Notes: generated from the sequence alone by a model not told the origin. Positions 7,918-18,158 are shown, counted from the stretch's first letter. The stretch: DNA of 64,000 nt from Corallococcus sp. (GCA_023663205.1 JAMPHX010000001.1:7-64006); one strand, 5' to 3'. Numbers and translations are program-made.

Positions 7918-10344
7918 ATGGATAAAATTGCGGCAGAACAAAAGTGGAATAAGATTTGGGAAGAAAGCAAAGTGTACAGTTTCGATAAAAACGACGTTGC
8001 AAACAAGCATTACGTGCTTGAGATGTTTTCTTACCCAAGCGGAGCAAAGTTGCACGTCGGTCACTGGTACAATTACGGATTAAGCGACAGTTATGCACGC
8101 TACAAAATAATGAAGGGCGCAAACGTGTTTCAGCCTATGGGTTTTGACGCATTCGGTTTGCCTGCGGAAAACTTTGCAATCAGAAGCGGTATACATCCCG
8201 AGGATAGCACTCTCAAAAATATCGCGATAATGGAAACACAACTCAAAAATATCGGCGCCATGTTCGATTGGGATGCGGAAATAAAAACTTGTATGCCCGA
8301 TTACTACAAGTGGACGCAATGGATATTCTGCCAACTGTACAAACACGGCTTGGCATACAGAAAAAAAGCCCCCGTCAATTGGTGTCCGAGTTGTAACACG
8401 GTTCTTGCAAACGAGCAGGTTGTTGACGGCGCGTGCGAACGCTGCGGACATACGGTAGTGCGCAAGGATTTGACTCAGTGGTTCTTCAAAATCACCGATT
8501 ACGCAGAGGAATTGCTTACGGGTTTGGATAATCTCGATTGGCCGGAAAAAACCAAAGCAATGCAGCGCAATTGGATAGGCAAGTCGCAGGGCGGGGAAAT
8601 ACAATTCGATTTGGCGGACGGCAAAGGCTCGTTCCGAGTGTTTACCACGCGCGCCGACACGCTGTTTGGCTGCACATACGTTGTGCTTGCCCCCGAACAC
8701 GCGCTTGTAGACCAAATAACCACTGCCGCGCAAAAGGCTGCGGTTGAGGAATACAAAGTTGCCGCATCCAAAATTACGGAAATAGACAGACTTTCCACCA
8801 ATAAGGAAAAGACGGGCGTGTTTACAGGCGCTTACGCGCTCAATCCGCTTAGCGGAACAAAGGTGGAAATTTGGATTGGCGATTATGTGCTTGCAAGTTA
8901 CGGCACGGGCGCGGTAATGGGCGTCCCCGCACACGACGCAAGGGATTGGAAGTTTGCGCAAAAGCACGGCATAGCCTGTAAGCGCGCAGTGTGCTCATCT
9001 GCGGGCGTCCAAGACGACTTGCCTTACTGCGAATACGGATATATGTGCAACAGCGGCGAGTTTGACGGAATGTCAACCGAGGAAGGACGCGTCGCGGTAG
9101 TAAACAAATTGGCGCAAATAGGCAAAGGCGAACTCAAAACAAACTACCGTCTGCGCGATTGGCTGGTTTCGCGTCAGCGTTATTGGGGCGCGCCGATACC
9201 TATTATTTACTGTCCGCATTGCGGCGAGGTGTTGGACGAAAACCTGCCCGTACAGTTACCCTACGACGTCGATTTCCGTCCCGACGGCACAAGTCCGCTT
9301 GCAAGACACGACAAATTCGTTCACGACGTCAAGTGCCCGAAGTGCGGAAGCGCGGCAACGAGGGAAGTAGATACATTGGACACTTTTGTGTGCAGCAGTT
9401 GGTATTATCTGCGTTATCCCGACAGTAAAAATTCCGACAAACCATTTGATACCGAGTGGATTGACAAAATGCTCCCCGTAGACAAATACGTCGGCGGCGC
9501 AGAACACGCGTGTATGCATTTGTTATATGCGCGCTTTATTACAAAGGCGCTCCGCGATATGGGTTATTTGCACTTTGACGAACCATTCAAGTCGCTTGTT
9601 CATCAGGGCGTAATTTTGGGACCAGACGGCAACCGTATGAGCAAATCGCACGGCAACGTGGTGAGTCCCGACGATTACGTGGGGGAATACGGCGCGGACG
9701 TGTTCCGTTGTTACTTGGCGTTCGGTTTCCGCTACATAGAGGGCGGACCGTGGTCGGACGACGGTATCAAGGCAATCAACAAGTGGCTCGACCGTGTGGA
9801 AAAATATGTTTTATCTGCTTTCGGCAATTACAAAACAAGCGACAGTTTCGGCGCGGAGGAACGCCGATTGGATATGGTGCGCAACAATACGATAAAGTGC
9901 GTCGATAACGATTACAACGAGTTTTCCTTCAACACAGCAGTTGCGCGTATGATGGAATTGGTCAATGCTATGGTACGTTACGACGCTTTGCCCGTCAAGA
10001 ACGCCAAACTGTACCAAGATACAGCCAAAGATTTGCTCAAACTGCTTGCGCCTCTTGCGCCGCATATATGCGAAGAATTGTGGCAGCAGATAGGTTGCGA
10101 GTATTCGGTAGTGCGTCAAAGTTTCCCCGTATACAACGAATCTGCGCTCAAACCCGCCGATGTGGAAATGCTTGTTCAGATAAACAGCAAACCGTGCGTA
10201 AGACTTACGCTCGATAGCGACCTTTCGGAAGATATGATAAAACAAGCGGCGCTTGCCGACAAAACGGTACAAAGCAAACTTAACGGCGCTGAAGCAAAAA
10301 AGATAATAGTTATCAAAGGCAGACTTGTAAATATCATTATTTGA
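7918..10344 (+). CDS. leuS: Leucyl-tRNA synthetase
   Basis: HIGH-type motif (HVGHWYNY), KMSKS-type motif (RMSKSHGN) and a CP1/Zn region (CPSC...CERC). Start placed at [14 protein letters not shown], because the ORF-track start at 7894 lies inside the promoter/SD region. Confidence 0.95.
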   Translation: MDKIAAEQKWNKIWEESKVYSFDKNDVANKHYVLEMFSYPSGAKLHVGHWYNYGLSDSYARYKIMKGANVFQPMGFDAFGLPAENFAIRSGIHPEDSTLKNIAIMETQLKNIGAMFDWDAEIKTCMPDYYKWTQWIFCQLYKHGLAYRKKAPVNWCPSCNTVLANEQVVDGACERCGHTVVRKDLTQWFFKITDYAEELLTGLDNLDWPEKTKAMQRNWIGKSQGGEIQFDLADGKGSFRVFTTRADTLFGCTYVVLAPEHALVDQITTAAQKAAVEEYKVAASKITEIDRLSTNKEKTGVFTGAYALNPLSGTKVEIWIGDYVLASYGTGAVMGVPAHDARDWKFAQKHGIACKRAVCSSAGVQDDLPYCEYGYMCNSGEFDGMSTEEGRVAVVNKLAQIGKGELKTNYRLRDWLVSRQRYWGAPIPIIYCPHCGEVLDENLPVQLPYDVDFRPDGTSPLARHDKFVHDVKCPKCGSAATREVDTLDTFVCSSWYYLRYPDSKNSDKPFDTEWIDKMLPVDKYVGGAEHACMHLLYARFITKALRDMGYLHFDEPFKSLVHQGVILGPDGNRMSKSHGNVVSPDDYVGEYGADVFRCYLAFGFRYIEGGPWSDDGIKAINKWLDRVEKYVLSAFGNYKTSDSFGAEERRLDMVRNNTIKCVDNDYNEFSFNTAVARMMELVNAMVRYDALPVKNAKLYQDTAKDLLKLLAPLAPHICEELWQQIGCEYSVVRQSFPVYNESALKPADVEMLVQINSKPCVRLTLDSDLSEDMIKQAALADKTVQSKLNGAEAKKIIVIKGRLVNIII

Positions 10345-10380
10345 TATTGTACAAATATTTTAATATCGGTTGCATATACA

Positions 10381-10416
10381 AGCGGCGCGTTTTACCCTGC
10401 GGTAAAACGCGCCGCT
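10381..10416 (+). terminator. Strong hairpin downstream of leuS (no U-tract)
   Basis: AGCGGCGCGTTTTA (10381-10394) pairs perfectly with TAAAACGCGCCGCT (10403-10416). It is followed by ATTGAC and an A-run rather than a T-run. Confidence 0.4.
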
Positions 10417-10886
10417 ATTGACAAAAAAAAAGAAAGTAAAATCCGCTGCAACACCTGAAAAATTTGCAAAAAGGCGTCAAGAGCAGCAGCGCAGCAGATA
10501 TTACAATCACTCGCCCCGCCTTCTTGTTTGTGTGTAACTTCCGAGGTAAATCGGGTGCGCGCAGACGTCGCCAATGACAGGTAAACTTTGGTTATTTTAA
10601 GCAATCGGCGATTATTTAACAAACTTCCTTTTCGGCGCGCTTGTCAACATAAAAACCGAAAACGCTGCCGTTATTTTCCGTCGCGCGCTTGTGTAACAAA
10701 GGTCCCAAAGCGTGCCGCAGTGAGGCGAAGCCCAAACAGTTCGCTTCACTGACGTCCTTTTGCGGAAGTGGTTGACGTGACGTTGTTTTTTTTATATGTT
10801 TTACTATTATATGTTTGGTTGTATTTGCAAGAAATTTTTGTTGCGGCACAACTAATATTGAGCAACAAATCGAAATATATTGAAAG

Positions 10887-11090
10887 TCAATTGTCGTCGC
10901 GCAAGCCTAATATATAATCGGTGGAAACGGAATAGATTTTGGACAAAGAAATCAAAAATTCTATCGGCAAATCACGTACGCCGTTTTCGTATTGAGAGTA
11001 TGTGTTTTGCTTAACCATAAGTAACTCGGCAATTTTCTTTTGACTGTAACCGAATTCCACGCGCAATTCTCGTAATCTTTCTATTTTCAA
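10887..11090 (-). CDS. XRE-family helix-turn-helix transcriptional regulator
   Basis: 67 aa. YSQKKIAELLMVKQNTYSQYENGVRDLPIEFLISLSKIYSVSTDYILG is a typical HTH_3/Cro-C1 fold pattern. Confidence 0.8.
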   Translation of the reverse strand: MKIERLRELRVEFGYSQKKIAELLMVKQNTYSQYENGVRDLPIEFLISLSKIYSVSTDYILGLRDDN

Positions 11091-11144
11091 CGCTATTCAC
11101 CTGCAAAAAGTTTTATTTTATTATAAATATCGCATATTGAGAAG

Positions 11145-11173
11145 TTGACTTGTATCTCATTTTGTGATATCAT
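11145..11173 (+). promoter_or_regulatory. Candidate promoter divergent from the XRE gene
   Basis: TTGACT (11145-11150), 17-nt spacer, TATCAT (11168-11173). Confidence 0.45.
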
Positions 11174-11351
11174 TGCATAGTAATAAGCGGATTATGCATT
11201 CATTCGCTGTAAAAATCGAATAAAAACTGATATTTTTTGTTAAATAATCAAATCAAAGCAAAAGAGTATTTGGCATTATCGGTTAAACCCGACAGTCAGA
11301 CAAAACTTTTGAGGGAACATTTATTGCAATACTTTCCGTTTGAATCTAAGC

Positions 11352-11360
11352 GGGGGGGGG
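11352..11360. repeat. G9 homopolymer in the leader of the membrane-protein gene
   Basis: Nine consecutive G read directly (cGGGGGGGGGt). Confidence 0.9.
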
Positions 11361-11540
11361 TGATACGAGTAAACAGAGTACCTCTTTGTCAAAATGCAAA
11401 TTTCAATAAAACGATTGATATTTATGTATTTCATTCGAAGTTCTGCTCGGCAATTGAATTATCATACAAGTAATATTCGGTAAAACTGAAATTGCGCTTT
11501 TGCAGACTGCAAAAGTCAATATAAACATTGGAGGTAACTT

Positions 11541-12101
11541 ATGAACACAACACTTGACAAAAAGACGCTTATCTTGACTATTGTAAAATTTGCAATAGCG
11601 ATACTTATGACTATACTGTTTGTGTTTCTTCCCATTGGGGAAGGAGCCAGTTTCGGTCTTTACATCTACTTATATATTGCTGCTTTATTTGAAGGTTCAA
11701 TCGAAGTTTTGATGTTTCTTCCGACTATGATAGCATTTTTGGTATTCGTTGTATTTTCGTTGGTAAAAAGCATTATGATATTTGTCGATATGCTAAAAGT
11801 AAACAGCGGCAAAATAAAGTCGGAAGACGTAAATTGGAAAAAGAAGTTTAAGTTGGCATCCGCTTTGCTTTATTTTATTTTCTTTATGGTATCATTTCTG
11901 ATGCTGTTTAGACAATATACATTCTCTTGCCCGCTTACATACATAGCGATAGTATTCTTTGCAGGCGATATGGTTGTTACTACCCTGCTCAAAAAGCAAC
12001 TGGGTATTTCCAAGAAGCAAAAAGGCGGCAAAGGCGCGCAACAAGCAACTGCTCCCGCAGCAACGCAAAGTGCGGAAAATACCGATTCCGAACAAAAATA
12101 A
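11541..12101 (+). CDS. Small polytopic membrane protein, unknown function
   Basis: GGAGG SD 7 nt upstream. About four hydrophobic helices and a charged, low-complexity C-terminal tail (KKQKGGKGAQQATAPAATQSAENTDSEQK). Confidence 0.7.
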   Translation: MNTTLDKKTLILTIVKFAIAILMTILFVFLPIGEGASFGLYIYLYIAALFEGSIEVLMFLPTMIAFLVFVVFSLVKSIMIFVDMLKVNSGKIKSEDVNWKKKFKLASALLYFIFFMVSFLMLFRQYTFSCPLTYIAIVFFAGDMVVTTLLKKQLGISKKQKGGKGAQQATAPAATQSAENTDSEQK

Positions 12102-12195
12102 TTACGGCATAAGCCTCTTTTACGAAAATGCAGCGTCGGCATAACCGACAAAGCAAAACTCCACCGTATTTATCAAGACAAAAAGAGGTTTACCA

Positions 12196-12240
12196 AAAAG
12201 TATTCCGTCAGGACAACCGTCCCGTCGGAATACTTTTTAT
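12196..12240 (+). terminator. Rho-independent terminator
   Basis: AAAAGTATTCCG (12196-12207) pairs with CGGAATACTTTT (12226-12237), with an inner GGAC/GTCC stem, followed by a T-rich tail. Confidence 0.7.
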
Positions 12241-12719
12241 TTGCACTAAAAATTATATCTTGTTTGTAAGTTGCTTTTGTATTCAGGAATATGCGGTACG
12301 TGCTGCGGTTTTGCGTGTGATTGCATTGCCGTAGATACAAAAGCCGCCGACTGTTTGCACGCGGTAAAGGCAAAGGCGCTTCGGATATTTGCCACGGTAT
12401 GCAAACTTTGTCTTGCGTTATGTCAAGTGACAATTGCTTTGGCAAAGTTACGATAACGCCGACCTACACGCAGCAACGGCAAATAAAGAAACGTCTTTAT
12501 ACAAAGTTTGTTTTGCATTGCATAGGGAAATAACGGTGCTTTAATAGTTTCGGTAATCTATCCCTTTTCCTCCCCCCCCTACAAAAAAATTGTCTTTGCG
12601 GTAACAAATCATTACCGAATAATCGGCAAAAGGTTACGGTGTTTCCTTGTATTGCATATATATGTTATTGTTTTGGGAGAATTGTTACGTACAAATACAC
12701 ACAATCCGATTGGGACATA

Positions 12720-13595
12720 ATGAGTTATTTGCATATCGGCAATACGCCTATGGCGCGATACCGCGCAGAGAGCGCGCCTTCTGCGCGGATTTTTGTCAAG
12801 CAGGAGCAGTTTAACGGCAGCGGCAGTGTAAAAGACCGACCCGCCTACCGAATGATAGCATCCGCGCTCGACGGCGGCACGTTGCAAAAGGGCGGTTTGA
12901 TAGTTGAAGCAACCAGCGGCAATATGGGTATTTCGTTGGCATATGTAGCAAAGCACTTCGGAATAAAAACAATTTTTACAATGCCGAGTTGTATGTCATC
13001 GGGACGCAGGCGGCTGCTTGAACGCTACGGCGCGCAGTTGGTATTGACGGACGACGGCGGTATGGAAGAAGCCGTCAAAACAGCGGAGCGAATCGCCATA
13101 CAGCGGAACGGCTTGTATATGCGTCAGTTTTGCAATAGTGACAATATGCTTGCCCATTACTTTACTACGGCGGAGGAAATATTGACGCAGTGTCCCGACA
13201 TAGACGTTTTTGTTGCGGGTGTCGGCACGGGCGGTACTTTGTGCGGTACGGCAAAGCGGCTTAAAGAATACAATCCCGCCATCGAAATAATTGCCGTCGA
13301 ACCGTCGGAAAGCGCGGTGATAAGCGGAGGTAAAGCAGGTAAACACGTAATAGAAGGCATAGGCGCAAACTTTGTGCCGCAATTGCTCGATATGAAACTT
13401 GTAGATAGGGTAGTGCAAGTAAGCGGCGGTGAAGCAATAGCAGAGGCGCGTCGCTTAAATGAGGAAGGGTTTTGCGTAGGTTATTCTTCGGGGGCGAACA
13501 TTGCCGCGGCAAAAGCCGTTGCGACAGACGGTAGTCGCCGCGGTGCAAACATAGTTACGCTTTTTGCCGATTCGGGCGATAGATACTCTTGGTAA
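12720..13595 (+). CDS. cysK: Cysteine synthase A (O-acetylserine sulfhydrylase)
   Basis: IGNTPM, the PLP-lysine motif GSVKDR, a GTGGT loop (VGTGGTLCG) and an SSGAN motif. Start taken at MSYLHIGNTP. Confidence 0.9.
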   Translation: MSYLHIGNTPMARYRAESAPSARIFVKQEQFNGSGSVKDRPAYRMIASALDGGTLQKGGLIVEATSGNMGISLAYVAKHFGIKTIFTMPSCMSSGRRRLLERYGAQLVLTDDGGMEEAVKTAERIAIQRNGLYMRQFCNSDNMLAHYFTTAEEILTQCPDIDVFVAGVGTGGTLCGTAKRLKEYNPAIEIIAVEPSESAVISGGKAGKHVIEGIGANFVPQLLDMKLVDRVVQVSGGEAIAEARRLNEEGFCVGYSSGANIAAAKAVATDGSRRGANIVTLFADSGDRYSW

Positions 13596-13657
13596 CAGAG
13601 TTGTTTAAAAATTTTCCGCTTTTGTCATTTCAAATATAGCGAAAATATATATTTTCT

Positions 13658-13786
13658 CGTCATTGCGAATTGGACTTCGTTTCTAACGCCGTTGCGAGGA
13701 GCGATAGCGACGAAGCAATCCATAGAAATCGTAACCTAACAATTGCGCAATAGTCCGTATTGCTTCGCCTACGGCTCGCAATGACG
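13658..13786. repeat. 129-bp nested-palindrome (REP/MITE-like) intergenic element
   Basis: Terminal 11-bp inverted repeat: CGTCATTGCGA (13658-13668) and TCGCAATGACG (13776-13786). Inner complementary pair GAAGCAAT / ATTGCTTC. Confidence 0.5.
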
Positions 13787-13981
13787 TTGATTTGTATGTG
13801 TCGGGCAGGGACGTTAACTTGCCGTCAAACTGTTAATTTCGGTTGCAGTGCGCCGCTGAAAATAAAATAGCGAATTTGTTTTCATTTATGTCGAAATGTA
13901 CTGACAACGGTTCTTGTTTGTGATACACTTAATGCAAACAAGCGCAAAACTTGTTTATATTTAACTATGAGGTGAAATAAT

Positions 13982-14476
13982 ATGGCAAAGAAAAAACAAA
14001 AAATCGACATTGGTCTTATCATGATAGGCGTTGCCGCTATTTTGGGATTGGCTGCGGTTTGCATGATGTTTCTGCCTTCGTACATCGGCACGGGAAAGGT
14101 GTTGGGTTCGCAAACTTCCTTTACGGGTTTGCAATCGGCATTCGGCTACACCGAATCTTCATCGGGCAGCGTCAGCGTATCTTCCAAGATATTGGACGTC
14201 AACATTCTTGCTACTTTGGGATTTCTTCTTCCCGTTGCGGGCGTAATTATTGCGGCGATTTTCAGAAGCGGCAAAATGTTTACTTTTATTGCGGCAGGCG
14301 TATTTATTGCTTCGGGCATTATGGTGCTTTTGTCGGGTACGACTTTCCCCGCTACCGTTATGGGCAGTGAAATACAGTTGTACAATTGGTCGTTAGGCGT
14401 AGGCGCAATTTTGTCGGGAGTATTTTCGTTGCTTGCCGGATTGACGCTTCTTGCAAAGGTATTTTTGAAAAAATAG
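13982..14476 (+). CDS. Small polytopic membrane protein, unknown function
   Basis: GAGGTG SD. Starts MAKKKQKID, followed by about four or five hydrophobic helices. No motif recognised. Confidence 0.7.
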   Translation: MAKKKQKIDIGLIMIGVAAILGLAAVCMMFLPSYIGTGKVLGSQTSFTGLQSAFGYTESSSGSVSVSSKILDVNILATLGFLLPVAGVIIAAIFRSGKMFTFIAAGVFIASGIMVLLSGTTFPATVMGSEIQLYNWSLGVGAILSGVFSLLAGLTLLAKVFLKK

Positions 14477-14514
14477 AATTGGCGTAAACCGTATTTAAAT
14501 ACAAACAGATATTC

Positions 14515-14545
14515 AAAAACGCTCCTTGGATAAAGGAGCGTTTTT
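14515..14545. terminator. Bidirectional rho-independent terminator
   Basis: AAAAACGCTCCTT (14515-14527) pairs perfectly with AAGGAGCGTTTTT (14533-14545). An A-run on one side and a T-run on the other sit between convergent genes. Confidence 0.75.
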
Positions 14546-14717
14546 GATGTATTATTGCAAGCAGTTTACAATGCAATAGAATAAAAATCAACTAATGATT
14601 TGTTTAATTAGCGCACGGCAGCGGTACAATTATTTTGAAAATCATTATAAAAACATATATCAATCGTAAATAAGTAAAACACAGTCGTACTTAGTATTGT
14701 ACGATTGCGTTTGAATA

Positions 14718-14927
14718 TTAACTTAGACCCACCAATTCGTCTATTGTAATTTTAAAGAATTTAGAAAGCAATATGAGGGAATACATACTCGGTTCCCGTA
14801 ATCCGTTTTCCCACAAACTAATAACTCCTTTGCTGACGCCGAGTATTTTTGCCAATTCAACTTGTCCCAGTCCTTTTTCCAATCGCAATTCTTTTAATAT
14901 ATCTTTAAACTTGTTAACATACGCCAT
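14718..14927 (-). CDS. XRE-family helix-turn-helix transcriptional regulator
   Basis: 69 aa. LRLEKGLGQVELAKILGVSKGVISLWENGLREPSMYSLILLSKFFKITIDELVG. Confidence 0.8.
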   Translation of the reverse strand: MAYVNKFKDILKELRLEKGLGQVELAKILGVSKGVISLWENGLREPSMYSLILLSKFFKITIDELVGLS

Positions 14928-14941
14928 AATAATATTATTTT

Positions 14942-14992
14942 CTTACAAATGTAAGAAAAACGCTTGACATCTTACATCTGTAAGAATATTAT
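14942..14992 (+). promoter_or_regulatory. Promoter with two palindromic operator sites
   Basis: CTTACAAATGTAAG (14942-14955) and CTTACATCTGTAAG (14971-14984). The second lies within the 17-nt spacer of TTGACA (14964-14969) ... TATTAT (14987-14992). Confidence 0.6.
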
Positions 14993-15028
14993 AAAAATCA
15001 TCAATATATTGACAAAGGAGAAGCAGTT

Positions 15029-15355
15029 ATGGCTTATTGCTCGAAATGCGGAAAAGAAGTTAATGATGAGGCTGAGATATGCGTGCACTGCGGTTGCAGA
15101 ATAAAAAACGAACCTATAATAGGAACTAACGACGGTAAAAACGCTATCAGATTTTGTCTGACGTTTTTTTTAGGTTTTATAGGAAGTTTTATTATTAATA
15201 ACACGAATTTAAAACCGAACGGCTGGAAATCGAGAACGTGTGCGTATTTTTTTCTCAGTTTGGTAACTTTCGGAATTTACGGTTTGGTAGCATCGGTTTG
15301 TAATTTTACATTTAACGAAAATCAGGCGTCCAATATAGGTTATCTAAAAGAATAA
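15029..15355 (+). CDS. Zinc-ribbon domain membrane protein
   Basis: AAGGAG SD. N-terminal CSKCG...CVHCG zinc ribbon followed by two hydrophobic helices. Confidence 0.7.
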   Translation: MAYCSKCGKEVNDEAEICVHCGCRIKNEPIIGTNDGKNAIRFCLTFFLGFIGSFIINNTNLKPNGWKSRTCAYFFLSLVTFGIYGLVASVCNFTFNENQASNIGYLKE

Positions 15356-15530
15356 ATGATTGATATAATATAAAAAATCGATGATGGATGCAATTTTAAT
15401 AGTTATACCGGTATTCGAATATGCTGTCTAAACGACAAAATAAAGACAGAGCGGTTTTGCAAATATACATACTGCTCTGTTTTTTAGTTTACAGCAAATG
15501 CGTTTTTGTGCTACGCAGATTTACGGACGA

Positions 15531-16424
15531 TTACAAACCATTCAAATCTGTCTGTATCATTCGCTGCAACTCGCGCGAGGCGGAAGACTGCGTGTGGCGC
15601 GGGTCGGATATCATACACACAAACCGCGGAGGCAATTTCTCCGCAAAGTTCATTTCAAATACTTCGCCGCGCTTAAGCGCTTCGGCAACTATTCCTTCGG
15701 GGACAAGCGACAGTCCGCGGTTGTGCTTTACCATAGGAACAATCAAGTCCACGCCGTCTACTTCCACGTCGGGGGTAATATCCGCATTGTGCGCGGCAAA
15801 TATATCGTCTACAAACTGCCTCAGTTGCATTCCTTTGGCAAGACTGACAAACGGGTAGTTGGAAAGGTCGTCAAAGTGCAGACGTTTGTTTTGCAGTTGC
15901 GTATAGTTGCTGCCTGCAATAAGCACGTCTTTGAATTCGCGTATTTTTGTGACGTGCAGCGGTTTGGGCGCGTTGTAAGGCGTGGTAACGAACGCCAAGT
16001 CGACGGTGCCGTTTTTGAGGTATTCTATGGTATTGTCGGATGAGTTTGTGCGTATCTTAAACCGCACATTTGGGTACTTGCTGCGGAAACCGTCCAAAAA
16101 ATCAAACAAAAAACAGTGCAGTGCGGTAACGGTTGCACCTATGTATACAATGCCGCCGTCAAGGCTGACCGCCTGCGTCAATTCTTCTTCCGCCTTGCGG
16201 AACTGCTCGCACGCTACGGATACGTATGCAAACAGTATTTGTCCTTCGTGTGTAAATTCCACGCCCTTTTTGTTGCGGATAAACAGTCTGCACCCCAGTT
16301 CCGTTTCCATATTTTGTATTACGCGCGTAACGGCAGGTTGACTGGAATACAGTTCGTCTGCTGCGCGCGTTATGTTTTTGTGCTTGCCTACACAGTAAAA
16401 TATTTTGTAGTATTCGTAATTCAT
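15531..16424 (-). CDS. LysR-family transcriptional regulator
   Basis: N-terminal HTH (NITRAADELYSSQPAVTRVIQNMETELGCRLFIR) plus a LysR substrate-binding domain of about 200 aa. Confidence 0.9.
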   Translation of the reverse strand: MNYEYYKIFYCVGKHKNITRAADELYSSQPAVTRVIQNMETELGCRLFIRNKKGVEFTHEGQILFAYVSVACEQFRKAEEELTQAVSLDGGIVYIGATVTALHCFLFDFLDGFRSKYPNVRFKIRTNSSDNTIEYLKNGTVDLAFVTTPYNAPKPLHVTKIREFKDVLIAGSNYTQLQNKRLHFDDLSNYPFVSLAKGMQLRQFVDDIFAAHNADITPDVEVDGVDLIVPMVKHNRGLSLVPEGIVAEALKRGEVFEMNFAEKLPPRFVCMISDPRHTQSSASRELQRMIQTDLNGL

Positions 16425-16503
16425 AGGTTCTCCGCTGTTCTTATTTTTTGATAAAAACGCCTTGTCATAGCAAATTGTTATTTTTACTATGTTATATTAT
16501 TAT

Positions 16504-16537
16504 TTTACATTATAATACTCCCGTTATAAAATGTAAA
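16504..16537. promoter_or_regulatory. Candidate LysR-type binding site in the divergent intergenic region
   Basis: Inverted repeat TTTACATT (16504-16511) / AATGTAAA (16530-16537) enclosing two TTATAA half-sites. Confidence 0.35.
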
Positions 16538-16597
16538 TAGGGATAGCATAATCTTTGGGAATTTGCGTCCATTTTTATCTAAAAGGAGAAAAAATCT

Positions 16598-17779
16598 ATG
16601 AATGTTAAAGAATTATCCTTGCAGAAACACGCCGAATGGAAGGGCAAAATAGAAACGGTTTGCCGTGTAGACGTCGGTAGCCGTGAAGCGCTTTCGCTGG
16701 CTTACACTCCGGGTGTTGCAGAGCCTTGTATGGCAATCAACGCCGATACGGAAAAGAGTTTTGAACTTACACGCCGTTGGAATACTATTCCCGTAATCAC
16801 CGACGGTACGGCTGTATTGGGACTGGGAGATATAGGTCCGGAAGCCGGTATGCCCGTTATGGAAGGCAAGTGCGCCCTGTTCAAGGCTTTCGGAGATGTG
16901 GACGCATACCCCATTTGTCTGAAAACAAAAGACGTAGACGAAATAATAAATACCGTAAAAGTTATGTCGGGTAGTTTCGGGGGTATCAATTTGGAAGATA
17001 TTTCCGCACCGAGATGTTTTGAAATAGAAACGCGCCTCAAAGAGGAATTGGATATACCCGTATTCCACGACGACCAACACGGGACGGCAATAGTAACTAC
17101 ATCTGCGCTTATCAACGCGCTTAAACTTGTAGACAAAAAAATTGACGAAATAAAGGTAGTAATAAACGGCGCGGGTGCGGCGGGTATTTCTATATGCAAA
17201 TTTTTGATATCGTTCGGCGTCAGGGACGTTACGATGTGCGATAGGTTCGGCATTATATGCGAGGGCGACCCGACGCTAAACAAGCCGCATACGGAAATTT
17301 CCAAAATAACCAACCGAAAAAAGATGACGGGACTGCTGTCCGACGCAATGAAGGGAGCGGACGTATTTGTGGGAGTATCCGCGCCCAACTGCGTCACCAA
17401 AGATATGGTAAGAAGCATGGCGGATAAGGCAATAGTATTTACCTGTGCCAATCCAGTGCCCGAAATACCCTACGAGGACGCATTGGAAGCAGGCGCAGCG
17501 GTAGTAGGTACGGGTTCCAGCGAACACCCCAACCAAATAAACAACGTGCTTGTATTCCCCGGATTGTTCCGCGGCGCGCTCGACGCCCGTGCAAGTACCG
17601 TAAACGAGGAAATGATGAAGGCGGCGGCGCTGGGCATTGCGTCCTGTGTTTCGGCGGAGGAACTCAGACCCGATTACATCCTTCCCTACGCTTACGACAA
17701 ACGCGCGCATAAAATGGTTGCCGAAAATGTCAAGCAGGCGGCAATAGAGTCGGGCGTATCCAAGTTGTATTCCAAGTAG
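16598..17779 (+). CDS. NAD(P)-dependent malic enzyme (short form, no PTA domain)
   Basis: AAGGAG SD. Motifs YTPGVA, VITDGTAVLGLGDIG, VFHDDQHGTA and the NAD-binding GAGAAG. Confidence 0.9.
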   Translation: MNVKELSLQKHAEWKGKIETVCRVDVGSREALSLAYTPGVAEPCMAINADTEKSFELTRRWNTIPVITDGTAVLGLGDIGPEAGMPVMEGKCALFKAFGDVDAYPICLKTKDVDEIINTVKVMSGSFGGINLEDISAPRCFEIETRLKEELDIPVFHDDQHGTAIVTTSALINALKLVDKKIDEIKVVINGAGAAGISICKFLISFGVRDVTMCDRFGIICEGDPTLNKPHTEISKITNRKKMTGLLSDAMKGADVFVGVSAPNCVTKDMVRSMADKAIVFTCANPVPEIPYEDALEAGAAVVGTGSSEHPNQINNVLVFPGLFRGALDARASTVNEEMMKAAALGIASCVSAEELRPDYILPYAYDKRAHKMVAENVKQAAIESGVSKLYSK

Positions 17780-18158
17780 TTTTGGGTATTGTCCGAGTTT
17801 TATCTTTCGGCGCAAACCGCATGCGTACAAAGGGATTGCGGATTTGCACGTACGTTGAAGCGGTACTTCGGTGAACTCCGTCGGAAAATAAGCGCAAAAC
17901 CTTTGCGGTGCGCCAAATATCGCCATATTACGATTTGCCGTATACATATGCGGCGAGAAGTACGGATTAGAACTCTGTAAGCCCGCATAGCGTATAGCAG
18001 ACGGTCTCGCCTAATTGTGCATTTTAAAAGTATGTACACCGAGCGGAGTTTAACGAGGCACAAAGCGCAGCGGCGAGTGTACGCGCACAGATAACATCAA
18101 ACAAAATTCAAACCGTTGCGGCATTTATGCGTAAACGGTAAAAAATCAGGAGGCAAAA

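Noticed and set aside
10616-10849. A 77-aa ORF just downstream of the XRE gene, considered as a toxin partner.
   Set aside because: It has a GTG start without an SD, a highly basic low-complexity translation, and a long hairpin (CAGTGAGGCGAA...TTCGCTTCACTG) that more likely functions at the RNA level.
11237-11473. A 78-aa ORF spanning the G9 tract.
   Set aside because: It has a TTG start without an SD and no recognisable fold or hydrophobic pattern, and neither alternative frame after the tract extends it. It is treated as leader sequence.
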